Assembly: GCA_028280575.1 (NCBI GenBank)
Contig: JANQLN010000068.1
Coordinates: 19,580 to 83,579 of the forward strand
Source of the DNA: Clostridia bacterium
GTDB lineage: Bacteria; Bacillota; Clostridia; Acetivibrionales; STF1-152
DNA: 64,000 nucleotides
Direction of reading: 5' to 3'
Part shown: piece by piece, positions 41,293 through 51,275 of the stretch
Position numbering within the stretch: the stretch's first letter is position 1
How the letters are laid out: each line of letters starts with the position of its first letter
Made by a program: the position numbers and the translations under genes
The notes under the pieces: model-generated
Databases searched by the model: none
What the model was told of the DNA's origin: nothing
The model's input: the letters and a program-made list of their open reading frames with translations, nothing else

Positions 41293-41709
41293 TCAGGAGT
41301 TAATTATTTCAATAATTTTAAGCATTTTTTCAATTGTTGTCTTGCTCTTGCTGTCCAATGCAGGCCTGATTAGATCAAGTGTTTTTAATATACCTTCACC
41401 GGACGGTCCTCTGCTGTCCATAGTTCTTAAATGATTTTTCAAATCTTTGTAAGTACAGCTGAGGCTGTCACATTTTCCAACGGCATTTATGAGAGAGCCT
41501 CCCTGCCTTGTTGAAGAAGAGTATTCTCCGATTACATTCAGTATATCCTTAATAAGGCACATACTATTGTCGCGCTGTGCTTCGGGAGAATCATCTCTTT
41601 TTTGGGAATTATTTTTTTCAACAGCCTTCCTCATTTTGTTAACTGCATTTAATCCGCCTGTTATCTGTTCAAGCTTTGCGTATCTGTCCATAATACACCA
41701 CCATTTCAA
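41293..41709 (-). CDS. Hypothetical protein
   Basis: 138-aa ORF filling the gap between genes; no recognised motif. Confidence 0.55.
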   Translation of the reverse strand: MKWWCIMDRYAKLEQITGGLNAVNKMRKAVEKNNSQKRDDSPEAQRDNSMCLIKDILNVIGEYSSSTRQGGSLINAVGKCDSLSCTYKDLKNHLRTMDSRGPSGEGILKTLDLIRPALDSKSKTTIEKMLKIIEIINS

Positions 41710-41870
41710 ATAAAAAACATATAGTTTTGCCCATATATCTATTTTATGTAGTATTTTTTTGGTTGTTACAATTTTGAAAACAGATGTAATGTCATAATAT
41801 AAGAATTAAAGTTGTTTCATACAGTTGAAATATAACCAGGCAAGGTTTATAATAAAAAAAATACATCTAA

Positions 41871-41948
41871 ATGTAACGTCATAATTCTATGCAATATGAC
41901 TTTTTGTGCATTTTTAAAGCCATATTGCAAAAATTAAAGGCGTTCCAT
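41871..41948. repeat. ~78-bp imperfect palindrome, copy A
   Basis: atgtaacgtc-ataatt..tgcaatatgacttt / aaagccatattgca..aattaa-ggcgttccat; homologous to 43101-43179. Confidence 0.8.
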
Positions 41949-41965
41949 ATAATTGTGAGGTAATT

Positions 41966-43114
41966 ATGGGATATAAGAGTTTTGATGAGATTAATGAAAA
42001 GATAAAAAAGGGTAAGGCAGTAGTAGTTACGGCGGAGGAAGTTATTAATATAACAAAAGAAAAGGGTGTAAAAAAGGCGGCGGAAGAAATTGATGTAGTT
42101 ACGACCGGTACATTTGGTCCCATGTGTTCTTCCGGTGTATTTATCAATTTTGGACATTCGGAGCCCCCGATAAAAATGAACAGGATCTGGCTGAATGATG
42201 TACCTGCATATGCCGGAATAGCAGCAGTTGACGCATATCTGGGAGCAACTGAGATGTCGGATTCCAAGGGTATGGAATATGGAGGTGCCCACGTAATAGA
42301 GGACCTGGTTTCAGACAGGGATATCAGGCTGTATGCTGAGTCATACGGTACAGATTGTTATCCAAGAAAAGAAATATCTACGATAATTAATAGGAATAAT
42401 GTGAACCAGATATATATGTACAATCCCAGAAATGCATACCAGAATTACCCGGCAGCTACAAATATGTCCGACCGCATAATATATACGTATATGGGAACTT
42501 TGCTTCCAAAAGGCGCAAACATTACCTATTCCACATCGGGTGAGCTGAGCCCCTTGCTTAATGATCCGGAATACAGGACTATAGGCATTGGGACGAGGGT
42601 ATTCATTGGAGGAACCCAGGGATATGTAGCCTGGGAGGGTACACAGCATAATCCGGGGCAAAAAAGAGGGGAAAACAAGGTGCCTGTATCCCTTGCAGGG
42701 ACATTGGCTTTAGTGGGAGACTTAAGGGGAATGAACCAGCGTTTTGTCAGGGCTGCCGTGTATGAAAAATATGGAGTCAGCCTTTTTGTGGGTATTGGCA
42801 TACCTATACCTATACTGGATGAAGACATTTTAATAAAAACAGCAATCAAAAACAGTGATATATATACGGATATTTTTGACAAGAGCGGAAATGAAGGTGT
42901 AGTAGGAAAGGTATCATATGAACAATTGAGAAGCGGATTTGTCGAAATGAACGGCAGGAAGATTCCTACGGCACCTCTTTCAAGCCTAAAAACAGCAAGG
43001 GAAATAGCCGGTATTTTAAAACAGCAGATAGAACGGGGAGAATTTTTAATATCCCAACCTGTTCAGACCTTACCTATGAATAACAATATAAACAAACTTG
43101 ATGTAAGGCCATAA
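41966..43114 (+). CDS. Homocysteine biosynthesis enzyme (L-aspartate semialdehyde sulfurtransferase, DUF39/MA1821-MJ0100 family)
   Basis: EINEKI..G.AVV.TAEE, DVVTTGTFGPMCSSG, YGTDCYPR, NPRNAYQNY. Confidence 0.88.
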   Translation: MGYKSFDEINEKIKKGKAVVVTAEEVINITKEKGVKKAAEEIDVVTTGTFGPMCSSGVFINFGHSEPPIKMNRIWLNDVPAYAGIAAVDAYLGATEMSDSKGMEYGGAHVIEDLVSDRDIRLYAESYGTDCYPRKEISTIINRNNVNQIYMYNPRNAYQNYPAATNMSDRIIYTYMGTLLPKGANITYSTSGELSPLLNDPEYRTIGIGTRVFIGGTQGYVAWEGTQHNPGQKRGENKVPVSLAGTLALVGDLRGMNQRFVRAAVYEKYGVSLFVGIGIPIPILDEDILIKTAIKNSDIYTDIFDKSGNEGVVGKVSYEQLRSGFVEMNGRKIPTAPLSSLKTAREIAGILKQQIERGEFLISQPVQTLPMNNNINKLDVRP

Positions 43115-43179
43115 TTTTTATGCAACATGACTTTTGGCAGATTTCAAAAGCAGTATTGCAAGAATTAAAGATGTTCCAT
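43101..43179. repeat. ~78-bp imperfect palindrome, copy B (contains the stop codon of the upstream gene)
   Basis: atgtaaggcc-ataatt..tgcaacatgactttt / aaaagcagtattgca..aattaa-gatgttccat. Confidence 0.8.
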
Positions 43180-43201
43180 ATTTATATAAGGGGAAATAGA
43201 A

Positions 43202-43624
43202 ATGAATAAAATCAAGGTAACAATGTATTTTCGCGCAAACGAACTGACAATGCCGTTAACGTATCACCTGGTTAAGGATTATGACCTTAAGCTGAATATA
43301 CTGCACGCAGATATCAGCTTAAACAAGGTAGGGAAGCTTGTTGTCGATATTACGGGCACCGATGAGAATATAAAGGAAGGTCTGGATTTTGTCAAGCAAA
43401 AAGGTGTCGAATACAAGATTTTCAATAAGAGTATAATATGGAAAGAGGGAGAATGTGTCCACTGCGGGGCATGTACCGCAGTATGTCCTTCGGGGGCATT
43501 GGCTATGGATAAGGATACCTGGGAGCTGACTTTTTACAGGGATAAATGCCTTGTGTGCGGCCTATGTGTTAAAGCCTGTCCTTTAAAGGTAATGACTTTG
43601 GCCGACAATGGCAATGGGTCATAG
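43202..43624 (+). CDS. NIL-domain 2x[4Fe-4S] ferredoxin (MA1822-like)
   Basis: LNILHA NIL motif; CVHCGACTAVCP and CLVCGLCVKACP. Confidence 0.9.
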   Translation: MNKIKVTMYFRANELTMPLTYHLVKDYDLKLNILHADISLNKVGKLVVDITGTDENIKEGLDFVKQKGVEYKIFNKSIIWKEGECVHCGACTAVCPSGALAMDKDTWELTFYRDKCLVCGLCVKACPLKVMTLADNGNGS

Positions 43625-43626
43625 CC

Positions 43627-44349
43627 ATGTATGAAAAAAGAGAGTACAGAAACAGGTTTTATGCAGAGAACCTTGTATTTTTCAGGGTTATTGAAAAAGA
43701 AACCGATCTCATGATTGGTGCGAAAAGTAATTTGGCTAACGAGGCCCTGAAAGCTGTTAAAAATTGCAGGAAACAGCTTGAGCGATATATAAAGGTGCAT
43801 GAGGAGTTTAAAACAAGCCTTAAACCGGTTAATCTTAAGAATAATCCCCGCCATATTATTTGCAGGATGTGTGAAGCGGCAAAAAAGGCAGGCGTAGGAC
43901 CGATGGCCGCTGTAGCCGGTGCAATAAGTGAGAAGGTGGGCATGGAGCTTTTAAATTATTCAGACGAGGTAATTGTTGAAAATGGCGGTGACATTTTCAT
44001 TAAAACAAATGTTTCAAGAAAAGTTGGAATTCACGCAGGACAGTCTCCTTTGAATGAAAAGATTGCCATCCAAATACTGCCGGAAAAAACCCCCCTGGGC
44101 ATATGCACATCATCGGGAACCGTCGGGCACTCATTGAGCTTCGGAAAGGCAGATGCGGTAGTTGTTGTGTCAAAGGATACTTCTCTTGCAGATGCGGCTG
44201 CAACATCACTTTGCAATACGATAAAATGTGAAGATGATATTGATACTGCCATTAGGAAGGCTTCAAAAATCGAAGACATATCAGGTATAGTTGCCGTAAT
44301 GGGAGATAAATTTGGTGCGTGGGGAGATATTAAGCTAACGGAGTTTTAA
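43627..44349 (+). CDS. UPF0280/ApbE-like protein (MA1715-like)
   Basis: GVGPMAAVAGA, VENGGDI, GICTSSGTVGHSLSFG.ADA. Confidence 0.88.
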   Translation: MYEKREYRNRFYAENLVFFRVIEKETDLMIGAKSNLANEALKAVKNCRKQLERYIKVHEEFKTSLKPVNLKNNPRHIICRMCEAAKKAGVGPMAAVAGAISEKVGMELLNYSDEVIVENGGDIFIKTNVSRKVGIHAGQSPLNEKIAIQILPEKTPLGICTSSGTVGHSLSFGKADAVVVVSKDTSLADAAATSLCNTIKCEDDIDTAIRKASKIEDISGIVAVMGDKFGAWGDIKLTEF

Positions 44350-44374
44350 TTATATGTTTTAAGGAGCTGATTTT

Positions 44375-45109
44375 ATGAAATTGACCATATTGGGTAACAA
44401 TGGCCCGTTTCCGGCAGCAGGAGGGGCTTGCTCCGGATATTTGCTCCGGCATGGTGATAAGAATATTTTGTTGGACTGTGGTAACGGAGTTCTGGCAAAC
44501 CTTCAAAAGCATATTGAAATAGAAAATATTGATGCTGTCATTTTGACCCATTTGCATAGTGACCATATAAGTGACATGATGGTATTGAGATATGCCATTC
44601 AAATTAAAAGAAAAAACGGATTCCCAATTGATATACTTGATGTATATGCACCTGATGAACCTGAAGGGGAATACGGCAGGCTGGATGATAAAGCAGCATT
44701 TAACCTCCGGCCAATTAATGATGATAGTGAGATTGTCATTGGGGATATCAAGCTGCGGTTCAGGAAAACAAAGCATCCATACAAATGTTATGCGGTATCT
44801 GCCCGGGCAGATGGTAAGAAGCTTGTCTATTCGGGAGACACTGCCTGGGATGAAGGCCTGACAGATTTTTTTATGGATTCCGATGTAATAATGCTTGATT
44901 CAGGGCTTCTTTCAAAGGATAAAAAAGATGACAGTGCAGTCCATATGACCGCAGAAGAATGCGGTATCATGGCATGCAGGTCAAATGCCGGCAAGCTTAT
45001 ATTGACACACTTCTGGCCTGGATATGAAATAAATGAGCTTGTAGATGAAGCCAAAACCAAATTCAATAACGTTGCTGCAGCCCATATAGGCCATTCGTAT
45101 ATAATATAG
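44375..45109 (+). CDS. MBL-fold hydrolase (RNase Z/YhfI-like)
   Basis: THLHSDH, YSGDT, H.T...G, LTHFWP. Confidence 0.88.
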   Translation: MKLTILGNNGPFPAAGGACSGYLLRHGDKNILLDCGNGVLANLQKHIEIENIDAVILTHLHSDHISDMMVLRYAIQIKRKNGFPIDILDVYAPDEPEGEYGRLDDKAAFNLRPINDDSEIVIGDIKLRFRKTKHPYKCYAVSARADGKKLVYSGDTAWDEGLTDFFMDSDVIMLDSGLLSKDKKDDSAVHMTAEECGIMACRSNAGKLILTHFWPGYEINELVDEAKTKFNNVAAAHIGHSYII

Positions 45110-45163
45110 AGAGAACAGTATCAACTTTTTATGTGAAAGGACTTAATTTGCTTTTTTTAAAAT

Positions 45164-45204
45164 AAATAAAGAGATTTCTATTATTATAGGAAATCTCTTT
45201 ATTT
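45164..45204. terminator. Bidirectional intrinsic terminator
   Basis: aaataaagagatttc ... gaaatctctttattt stem between convergent genes. Confidence 0.8.
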
Positions 45205-45211
45205 TCAAAAT

Positions 45212-46480
45212 CTATCTTATTTTATACTTTTTAAGCTTTTCTTCCAGCTCGTGAATGAGGCTGTTAAGACTATCTGCGGCACTTTTCAGGTCTACAAATG
45301 ATTTCGTCTGGTTTTCCACTATTGCTGCAACTTCCTGGCTTGATGCGGCCGTTTCCTGTGACACTGAAGATATGTTGTCTATTGCCATGGTAACATTTTC
45401 CTTATCCTCATTCATCTTTGTTACCGAATCATTTACCGATTCCATTTTTTGGACAATTGCCGTGATTGCATTTGCAATATTCTTAAAAGATTCATTTGTC
45501 CTTTTAACTGATTGGTTTTGCTCCTTTGATGATTTTCTCATTAAATCCATTGTTTCTATAGCCATATTGGATTCTTCCTGTATGCTTTCCATTAAGTCTG
45601 CTATTTCTTCCGTTGACTTTCTGCTCTCATCCGCAAGCTGTCTAACTTCATCGGCTACAACAGCAAATCCTTTTCCCGCTTCTCCTGCCCTGGCAGCTTC
45701 AATGGCAGCGTTTAAAGCCAACAGGTTAGTCTGTTCCGCAATGTTTTCAATTGATTCGACAAATTGGCCTATATCCTTTGTGGTTTTTACAAGCTTTTCA
45801 ACTACGGAAAATATTTCCTCCGATGCATTGCTGTTTTCGGTGGACTTATCCTTAAGTGCACCTATTGCGTCAACGCCTATATCGTTAAGCTCATTAATTT
45901 TCATCGTATTCTCCAGGATATTGTTGTAGTGGTCATAGACTGTGTTTATCTGCTTGGACAGCTTATCTACAGCCATAACAGCTTGTTGGGCCTGCTCGGC
46001 CTGTTCAGAGGCACCTCTGGCAATTTCATCTACTGTGTTGTTAATATCCGACATTACATCTGATGCTTCACCGGAGGTTTTTCCCACCTGTTTTGATGCC
46101 ATGATTAAAGAATTGGAAACGTTGAAAAAACCGTCTATCAATGAGCGTATGTCACTTAACAGCATATTTACGTTAGAAGCTACTTTGGCCAGTATACCAA
46201 AGCTTTTTGAATCTATAAACCTGGAGAAATCTCCATTTTTGACCAGATCTACTTCAGATGACAGGCGCCCGGCATCTTTTTTTAATGTTTTTGAAATAAA
46301 TATATTTGCTGTAATAGCATTAAGTATACCGAATAAAATGATTATCGGGACAACTATCCAATTTTTTGTTATTGAAAAAATCCATCCCCCAAACAAGATT
46401 ACAAGGACAACCGTAAGAATTACAACAGGATTTGACGAAGATTTTTTACCGGTTTGCTTTGACATTACTTTACCTCCCAA
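45212..46480 (-). CDS. Methyl-accepting chemotaxis protein
   Basis: [34 protein letters not shown] signalling hairpin; two TM helices. Confidence 0.95.
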   Translation of the reverse strand: MGGKVMSKQTGKKSSSNPVVILTVVLVILFGGWIFSITKNWIVVPIIILFGILNAITANIFISKTLKKDAGRLSSEVDLVKNGDFSRFIDSKSFGILAKVASNVNMLLSDIRSLIDGFFNVSNSLIMASKQVGKTSGEASDVMSDINNTVDEIARGASEQAEQAQQAVMAVDKLSKQINTVYDHYNNILENTMKINELNDIGVDAIGALKDKSTENSNASEEIFSVVEKLVKTTKDIGQFVESIENIAEQTNLLALNAAIEAARAGEAGKGFAVVADEVRQLADESRKSTEEIADLMESIQEESNMAIETMDLMRKSSKEQNQSVKRTNESFKNIANAITAIVQKMESVNDSVTKMNEDKENVTMAIDNISSVSQETAASSQEVAAIVENQTKSFVDLKSAADSLNSLIHELEEKLKKYKIR

Positions 46481-46734
46481 GGGTTTATTTTATTCATATC
46501 ACTTCTATGGGAATTAATTCTATATGGCCTGTCGAAAATCCTTCATAATAGTCAAAAAAAATATTTTCCTGCTGTTTTTATATCTTTCGTTTTTCTACAG
46601 ACAAAATTACAAATATGGAGTATAATAAAAAAGACAGGGAACAGAATATCTTCATGCCGGAGAGTTTACGGCAGATAAAAATATATGCCTTGAAATTTTT
46701 TTCCGGCAGCCTGTTCTATGGAATTGGGGTGAGC

Positions 46735-47289
46735 ATGGATTTGGAGTTGACCGATTACCAGCTTGTGCAAAAATGTCTTGATGGGGAGCAAATTTTTTTT
46801 GAAGAATTGGTCGAAAGATATAAAAAGCTTGTATACAGTGTTGTGTGGAACAAAATAAAGGATAAACAGGAAGTTAATGATATCGCCCAGGAAATTTTTA
46901 TACGTTTATATAAAACACTCCATAAATACAACCCTGAATACAAGTTCTCCACGTGGACGGTAAAAATTGCCACTAATATATGCCTTGACATTCTCAGGAA
47001 GAAAAAGGTTGACTCAGTTCCAATTGAGGAAATTGAGATTATGTCAAAGGACGATACAACTCCGGAAGCCCAGTATTTGAAGGAGGAGAGCAGGCAGCAG
47101 CTTTTTAGCGCAATTGACGAGCTTCCTGACAAGTACAAAGAACCGATAATCATGTTTCATCAAAAAGGGTTATCATACGAAGAAATTATGCTGGAATTGA
47201 ACCAACCCATGAGTATTGTTAAGAACAGGCTTTACAGGGCAAGAATAATGTTGAGGCAAAAGCTTCGGCATTATGTTTCACATTCATAA
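46735..47289 (+). CDS. ECF sigma factor (SigW-like)
   Basis: DIAQEIF, FSTW..KIA.N, region 4 LSYEEI...VKNRLYRAR; start at 46735 after ggggtg. Confidence 0.9.
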   Translation: MDLELTDYQLVQKCLDGEQIFFEELVERYKKLVYSVVWNKIKDKQEVNDIAQEIFIRLYKTLHKYNPEYKFSTWTVKIATNICLDILRKKKVDSVPIEEIEIMSKDDTTPEAQYLKEESRQQLFSAIDELPDKYKEPIIMFHQKGLSYEEIMLELNQPMSIVKNRLYRARIMLRQKLRHYVSHS

Positions 47290-47313
47290 ATGATTGGGAT
47301 AGGAGGACATTTT

Positions 47314-47889
47314 ATGAATTGCAGAATTATAAGTGACCATATTATAAAATATTTTGACGGAACTCTGGGGGAAGCTGAAAATAGTACTCTTGAAAAACAT
47401 CTTTCCGCCTGCCGCCTATGTAATGATGAGTTTGAATCCATGTGTGAATCCTTTGACTTGATCGAAAAAAACGGATATGTTGAACCGCCTGAGAATTTCA
47501 AAAGCATGGTAATGGAAAAGGTAAATACCATGGAGGAAAAGAGAAAAAATATCAATTCAATAGCTTTGACAGTTTTGTATAATACATCTGCATTGGTATC
47601 CATAGCTTTTATTTTAACATTTGTTATGCCGGGTATTTTTTCTTTAAGTGGAAGAGGAATGGATGGGATAAATTTTCCTGGCTTTATAACAGGCCTTCTG
47701 GTCAGGATATCGGTTTTGGCTGAAAAACTTACAATATTTGCAGAAAGTATGCGAAGCCTGTTTTTCCAGTTAAACAGGTTTATACTGGAGGAATATTACC
47801 CTGTCATGGTTGCGTGCATTGCAACTATTTTGATCATACACAAAGTACTGGTTAAAAGATATGGTGAAGGCGGTGAAAGATCAATTTGA
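47314..47889 (+). CDS. Zinc-binding anti-sigma factor (zf-HC2) with TM helices
   Basis: HLSACRLC (HxxxCxxC); ATG after aggagg. Confidence 0.85.
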   Translation: MNCRIISDHIIKYFDGTLGEAENSTLEKHLSACRLCNDEFESMCESFDLIEKNGYVEPPENFKSMVMEKVNTMEEKRKNINSIALTVLYNTSALVSIAFILTFVMPGIFSLSGRGMDGINFPGFITGLLVRISVLAEKLTIFAESMRSLFFQLNRFILEEYYPVMVACIATILIIHKVLVKRYGEGGERSI

Positions 47890-48779
47890 AAAAAATATCA
47901 CTGGCCGTACTTTTATTTCTGGTGGTTTTATCCGGACTGAAATTAACTGTTTTCGGACAGGGAGCTTCCATTAATATAGATAAGAACGATATGGTTTCCG
48001 GTTTTGAGGATATATACATAGATGAGCCTTTCAGCGGAAGCGTTGTAAGTTTTTTTGGTGATGTGTATATAAAAGAGCAGGTAACGGGAGATCTGGTAGT
48101 ATTATTTGGTGATGCCAAGGTCCATGCCGATATAACAGGGGAAATAGTGGTAGTTTTCGGAAAAACAGAGATTGCCGACGGTGTTGAAATCGGCGGCAGC
48201 GTATTGTCAATAGGCAGGATGCAAAAAGGCAGTGCCCGCATCGGGGGAGAGATAGTCAGAATTTATCCGGGAGATTGGGACGCAGATATAGAAGCTGTTG
48301 TATTTGTCAAAACAATTACCGTAGTTGTTTTTTCAGTTTTCATATTCCTGGTAGGACTTGCTATTTGTGCTTTATTAAAAGAAAAACTTGCAGATATCCA
48401 GGCAGCTTTTGAAAATAGCTTCGGAATTAAAATTCTGTTTGGATTTATTATATATATAGCGCTAATTATTATGCTGCTGCCGTTATTTGTAACTATATTA
48501 TATCCTCTGGCATTTATTATTTTACTGGCAATTGCTGAGGGCCTTTCCGCCATATTTTTTGGGAGGATTATTTCTGCTGTCCTTAAAGCAAAATATGGTA
48601 TTTATATACAATTTACAACAGGCTTGATAACAATTACGCTTATCAAGGTTTTGCTTCTGTCAATGATACCTTATGGCAGTACGGTATTTAACATATCCCT
48701 ATACTTGCTTTTTGAATTATTTGTTATCTGCCTTGGAATCGGTTTTATAATATCCATGAAAAAAGTGCTGGGCAAGTAA
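47886..48779 (+). CDS. Membrane protein with bactofilin-like beta-helix repeats (ECF operon)
   Basis: G.VV.FG repeats followed by several TM helices. Confidence 0.6.
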   Translation: MKKISLAVLLFLVVLSGLKLTVFGQGASINIDKNDMVSGFEDIYIDEPFSGSVVSFFGDVYIKEQVTGDLVVLFGDAKVHADITGEIVVVFGKTEIADGVEIGGSVLSIGRMQKGSARIGGEIVRIYPGDWDADIEAVVFVKTITVVVFSVFIFLVGLAICALLKEKLADIQAAFENSFGIKILFGFIIYIALIIMLLPLFVTILYPLAFIILLAIAEGLSAIFFGRIISAVLKAKYGIYIQFTTGLITITLIKVLLLSMIPYGSTVFNISLYLLFELFVICLGIGFIISMKKVLGK

Positions 48780-48943
48780 CTATAATTCAAGCTAAAGCTC
48801 TTTATTTAAATGTGTTTTCATATCTTTTTTTTTCTGGTATAATAGTAGTTGGATAATTTTTAAGATAACTTATATTATGATTAGAACTAATATTTATATA
48901 ATTGGCAAACAATTTGGATAAACTATCAGGAGGTTAGTGTTCT

Positions 48944-49234
48944 ATGATTGTAAAAGAGATTTCAATAAATAGTAAGAACGGACTTCAGTCTAAAATGGCG
49001 GCCGTTTTTATTCAAAAGGCATCCAATTACAAATCCAGGATATGGATTGAGAAAAATGAAAGGAAAGCTAATGCGAAAAGTCTTCTTGGGCTTCTCTCTT
49101 TAAGCATATCGGATGGTATGAAGGTATCCCTGATGATTGACGGAGAAGATGAGAAAAAAGCCGTAGACGACCTGGAGAAGTTCTTAACAGCAGGTTATGC
49201 AGAAGATAGCGATTCCTCTCATGCAATAGGATAG
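48944..49234 (+). CDS. HPr-family protein, Crh-like (His15 position is Gln)
   Basis: GLQSK at the His15 position; NAKSLLGLLSL Ser46 motif. Confidence 0.85.
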   Translation: MIVKEISINSKNGLQSKMAAVFIQKASNYKSRIWIEKNERKANAKSLLGLLSLSISDGMKVSLMIDGEDEKKAVDDLEKFLTAGYAEDSDSSHAIG

Positions 49235-49235
49235 C

Positions 49236-49391
49236 AGTCCGTTCGCAAAGCCGTGTATGCAGATTTTCGGTTATTTTTTTGACCTGCGCCTTCAAAAAAA
49301 CGCTGAATATACTTATATTCAGCATTTTTTTTAAAGGGAGCGGGGAGGAAATAACGGTAATGAAGTGTGTGCGGGACTTTTCGAACGGACT
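49236..49391. repeat. 156-nt rod-like imperfect palindrome (MITE-like or structured RNA)
   Basis: Nested pairs agtccgttcg/cgaacggact, gttattt/aaataac, gctgaata/tattcagc. Confidence 0.65.
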
Positions 49392-49420
49392 TTGCATACT
49401 TTACTAAGCCGGATGGGGAA

Positions 49421-51229
49421 GTGATACACATTTTTGATATCAATAATGAATTAAAAAAAATGCCTGGTAAACCAGGCGTTTATCTTATGAAAGATAAATC
49501 GGGAAAAATAATTTATGTAGGTAAAGCGTCGGTTCTTAAAAACAGAGTCAGGCAGTATTTTCAATCCAGTTCAGGTCAGACACCCAAAGTCAAAGCCATG
49601 ACAGAACATATTGCCAGTTTTGAATGTATTGTAACCGATTCGGATTTTGAAGCACTTATTTTAGAGTGCAATCTGATTAAAAAGCACCGGCCAAGGTTTA
49701 ATGTACTTCTTAAAGATGACAAAAATTATCCCTATATTAAAATATCAAATGAAGCATTTCCCAGAATATATATTACCAGGAGGCTTGACAGGGACGGAGC
49801 CAGGTATTTTGGCCCTTATACAAATATGGGTGCGGTAAAGGAGACAATCGGCATTATAAAGAGGATATTTCCTGTTAAAACATGCAAGAGAAATCTTCCG
49901 AAGGATATAGGAAAGGGAAGGCCTTGCCTTAATTTCCATATAGGGCAGTGCCTTGCACCTTGCAGCGGCAATATGGATATTGAAAACTATAAAAGGATAA
50001 TAAAAAGCATATGTAATTTCCTTACGGGCAAATATGAAGAATCCATATCTGAGCTGGAAGAGCAAATGGCGGATGCATCAAATAAAATGGAATATGAAAA
50101 AGCTGCCAGGATACGGGACAAAATTTTAAGCTTAAGGCATATATCGGAAAAACAAAAGGTGATTTCAACTACTTTTGAGGATATGGATGTAATTGCATGT
50201 GAAAAACAAGGGCCGGACAGCTGTGTACAGGTATTTGCATTGAGGAACGGCAAGCTGACGGGCAGGAGGCATTTTATTCTTGAAAAGACCGAAGAAGAAG
50301 AAGTAAAAGATTTGACCGGTGTTTTTATAAAGCAGTTCTATGAAAAGGTTGTTGAGCTGCCAAAGATTATTCTTCTGGAAGAAGATATTGAAGAAAAAGA
50401 TTTAATTGAAAAGTGGCTTGGAAATAAAAAAAACGCCAGGGTATACTTAAAAGTGCCTGTAAGAGGGCAAAAAGCCGAGCTTGTAAAAATGGTAAAGGAA
50501 AATGCGGCAATAGAGCTTAAAAGGTACAAGGAAAATGAAGAATGGCAGTCAAAGCTTTCAAATGAGGGGCTAAAGGAATTGGCTTGCCTGGCCGGCCTTG
50601 AATCCTTTCCAAAAACAATTGAGGCGTATGATATTTCCAATACAGGTTCTTCGGAAATGGTTGCTTCCCTGGTCGTTTTTAAAAATGGCAGGACCAGCAA
50701 GGAGAATTACAGAAGATATGGTATTAAAAATATTAAAGGGCAAAATGATTACGGAGCTATGCAGGAAGTGGTGTTTAGAAGGTTTAAGGGCGAAAACCTG
50801 CCTGATTTGATTCTTATTGATGGGGGAAAAGGCCATGTTTCGGCAGTTAAAGCTGTCCTTTGTGATATGGGTATAGAAATTCCGGTATACGGCATGGTGA
50901 AGGATGACAGGCATAAAACAAGGGCTTTATGCACGGATTTAGAAATATTGAAAATGAATGGTTATCCCAACGCATTCAGGCTGGTAACATTGATTCAGGA
51001 TGAAGCACACAGGTTTGCCGTAGATTATAACAGGAGATTAAGAAAAAAAAGATATACTTCATCGGAACTGGATAATATAAATGGTATAGGCGAAAAAAGA
51101 AAAAAAGCTCTAATCATGCATTTTGGTTCGGTAAAAAAAATCAGGAAAGCCGATATAAAGGAGCTGGAAGCTGTTGAAGGTGTTGGGAAAAAAGCTGCAG
51201 AAACCATTCACCGGTATTTTAAAAAATGA
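49421..51229 (+). CDS. uvrC: Excinuclease ABC subunit C
   Basis: GIY-YIG PGVY...IYVGKA, UVR domain, YDISN, IDGGKG, DEAHRFA, HhH; exact start uncertain. Confidence 0.96.
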   Translation: MIHIFDINNELKKMPGKPGVYLMKDKSGKIIYVGKASVLKNRVRQYFQSSSGQTPKVKAMTEHIASFECIVTDSDFEALILECNLIKKHRPRFNVLLKDDKNYPYIKISNEAFPRIYITRRLDRDGARYFGPYTNMGAVKETIGIIKRIFPVKTCKRNLPKDIGKGRPCLNFHIGQCLAPCSGNMDIENYKRIIKSICNFLTGKYEESISELEEQMADASNKMEYEKAARIRDKILSLRHISEKQKVISTTFEDMDVIACEKQGPDSCVQVFALRNGKLTGRRHFILEKTEEEEVKDLTGVFIKQFYEKVVELPKIILLEEDIEEKDLIEKWLGNKKNARVYLKVPVRGQKAELVKMVKENAAIELKRYKENEEWQSKLSNEGLKELACLAGLESFPKTIEAYDISNTGSSEMVASLVVFKNGRTSKENYRRYGIKNIKGQNDYGAMQEVVFRRFKGENLPDLILIDGGKGHVSAVKAVLCDMGIEIPVYGMVKDDRHKTRALCTDLEILKMNGYPNAFRLVTLIQDEAHRFAVDYNRRLRKKRYTSSELDNINGIGEKRKKALIMHFGSVKKIRKADIKELEAVEGVGKKAAETIHRYFKK

Positions 51230-51275
51230 TAGGTAATTGTCGCAATGTGAAACTTAAAGGAGAGGAGTTTAGTAT

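Noticed and set aside
45255-46517. Long plus-strand ORFs (224 aa and 191 aa)
   Set aside because: Antisense shadows of the MCP gene with no motifs; the same applies to the many other short antisense ORFs in the track
49236-49391. 6S RNA
   Set aside because: Rod-like, but no clear central bubble or recognisable 6S sequence; kept only as an unassigned structured element
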